Below, in pieces: positions 63,411 through 64,000 of a stretch of DNA of 64,000 nt. The stretch comes from Carcharhinus longimanus. Its lineage: Eukaryota. Position 1 is the stretch's first letter. Each line of letters starts with the position of its first letter. The stretch is from assembly GCA_030264375.1 (NCBI GenBank), contig JASCQW010000027.1, positions 65,624,340 to 65,688,339 on the forward strand, read 5' to 3'. The notes beneath the pieces are model-generated. The model saw only the letters and a program-made list of their open reading frames with translations. It was not told the origin of the DNA and did not search any database. Position numbers and translations under genes: made by a program.

Positions 63411-64000
63411 AATCTGAAAAAGCAACAGGATATCCGCAACAATCATGATGAAGGAGCCTGAGACACCAGCCAGTGGTATGTTCTCAAAGTAATTCAGTTT
63501 ACAGCATAAGACCATAAATTTGAATACTTGCTCTGAGATGTACTATAACACAGCTTGGATAAACCATCTCAATGGCTTGCTGTGGTGGCATCATTCTTCA
63601 AGATCAGTTCAGCATCTGAGTCTAGATTCATGAGCCAGGCCTAAAGCTGATAGCCCTTGCTACCAAGTTGACAATCTGTAATCTGACAGCGCAGAGGAAA
63701 CATGCAGCATAAAAGTGATGACTGTGACCAGAATAGCACGAAGGGATCTACAAAATGCACTTCTTGTAGTCTCAGACCAGCTTGTAGTCTCAGACCAGCT
63801 ATATAAAGATGCCAGGATGGTAAAGAAAGTGTGTGCAAGTCAATATTTGTGCAGGTGAAGCCATATTGCACAATGAGGAAAACTGCCAATTGAATGATAC
63901 TGCGTGTTCTGTCATCCTGCTTTCTGTCCATGGGAAAAGCAATTTATTTGTTTCACTTGGTGGAAAGAGCTTTGATGACCCCCTGATATAGGGCTGATTA

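Noticed and set aside
63762-63799. 18-bp tandem duplication (cttgtagtctcagaccag x2)
   Set aside because: Ordinary slippage duplication with no functional signal
25400-64000. A second cellular gene upstream of TNFRSF21
   Set aside because: Every interpretable ORF maps to a transposon; no exon chain found, though small exons could be missed by eye

Overview
This is eukaryotic DNA, not prokaryotic: a repeat-rich, gapped vertebrate assembly. The SINE/LINE repertoire points to a cartilaginous fish, probably a shark (inference). The only cellular protein-coding gene is the 5' half of TNFRSF21 (death receptor 6) on the minus strand. It comprises exon 1 CDS 24746-24663 in a CpG-rich promoter, exon 2 4196-3554 (four TNFR cysteine-rich domains) and exon 3 312-1 (stalk and TM helix, running off the window), with splice sites and phases consistent. 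Almost all other ORF-track entries are decayed transposons or noise: CR1, L2 and RTE LINEs, V-domain (HE1-like) and Deu-like SINEs, Penelope-like elements, Harbinger remnants, and one decayed Gypsy LTR element containing a nested solo LTR. The most notable non-obvious features are a U6 snRNA retrocopy fused to a CCAAT x3/ETS/YY1 promoter-like cluster ~9 kb upstream of TNFRSF21, minimal hammerhead-ribozyme motifs in Penelope termini, a stack of uORFs before the DR6 start, and fold-back junctions at Penelope insertions. I cannot support a wholly new biological system here. Repeat boundaries are approximate and family names come from motif recognition, not database search.
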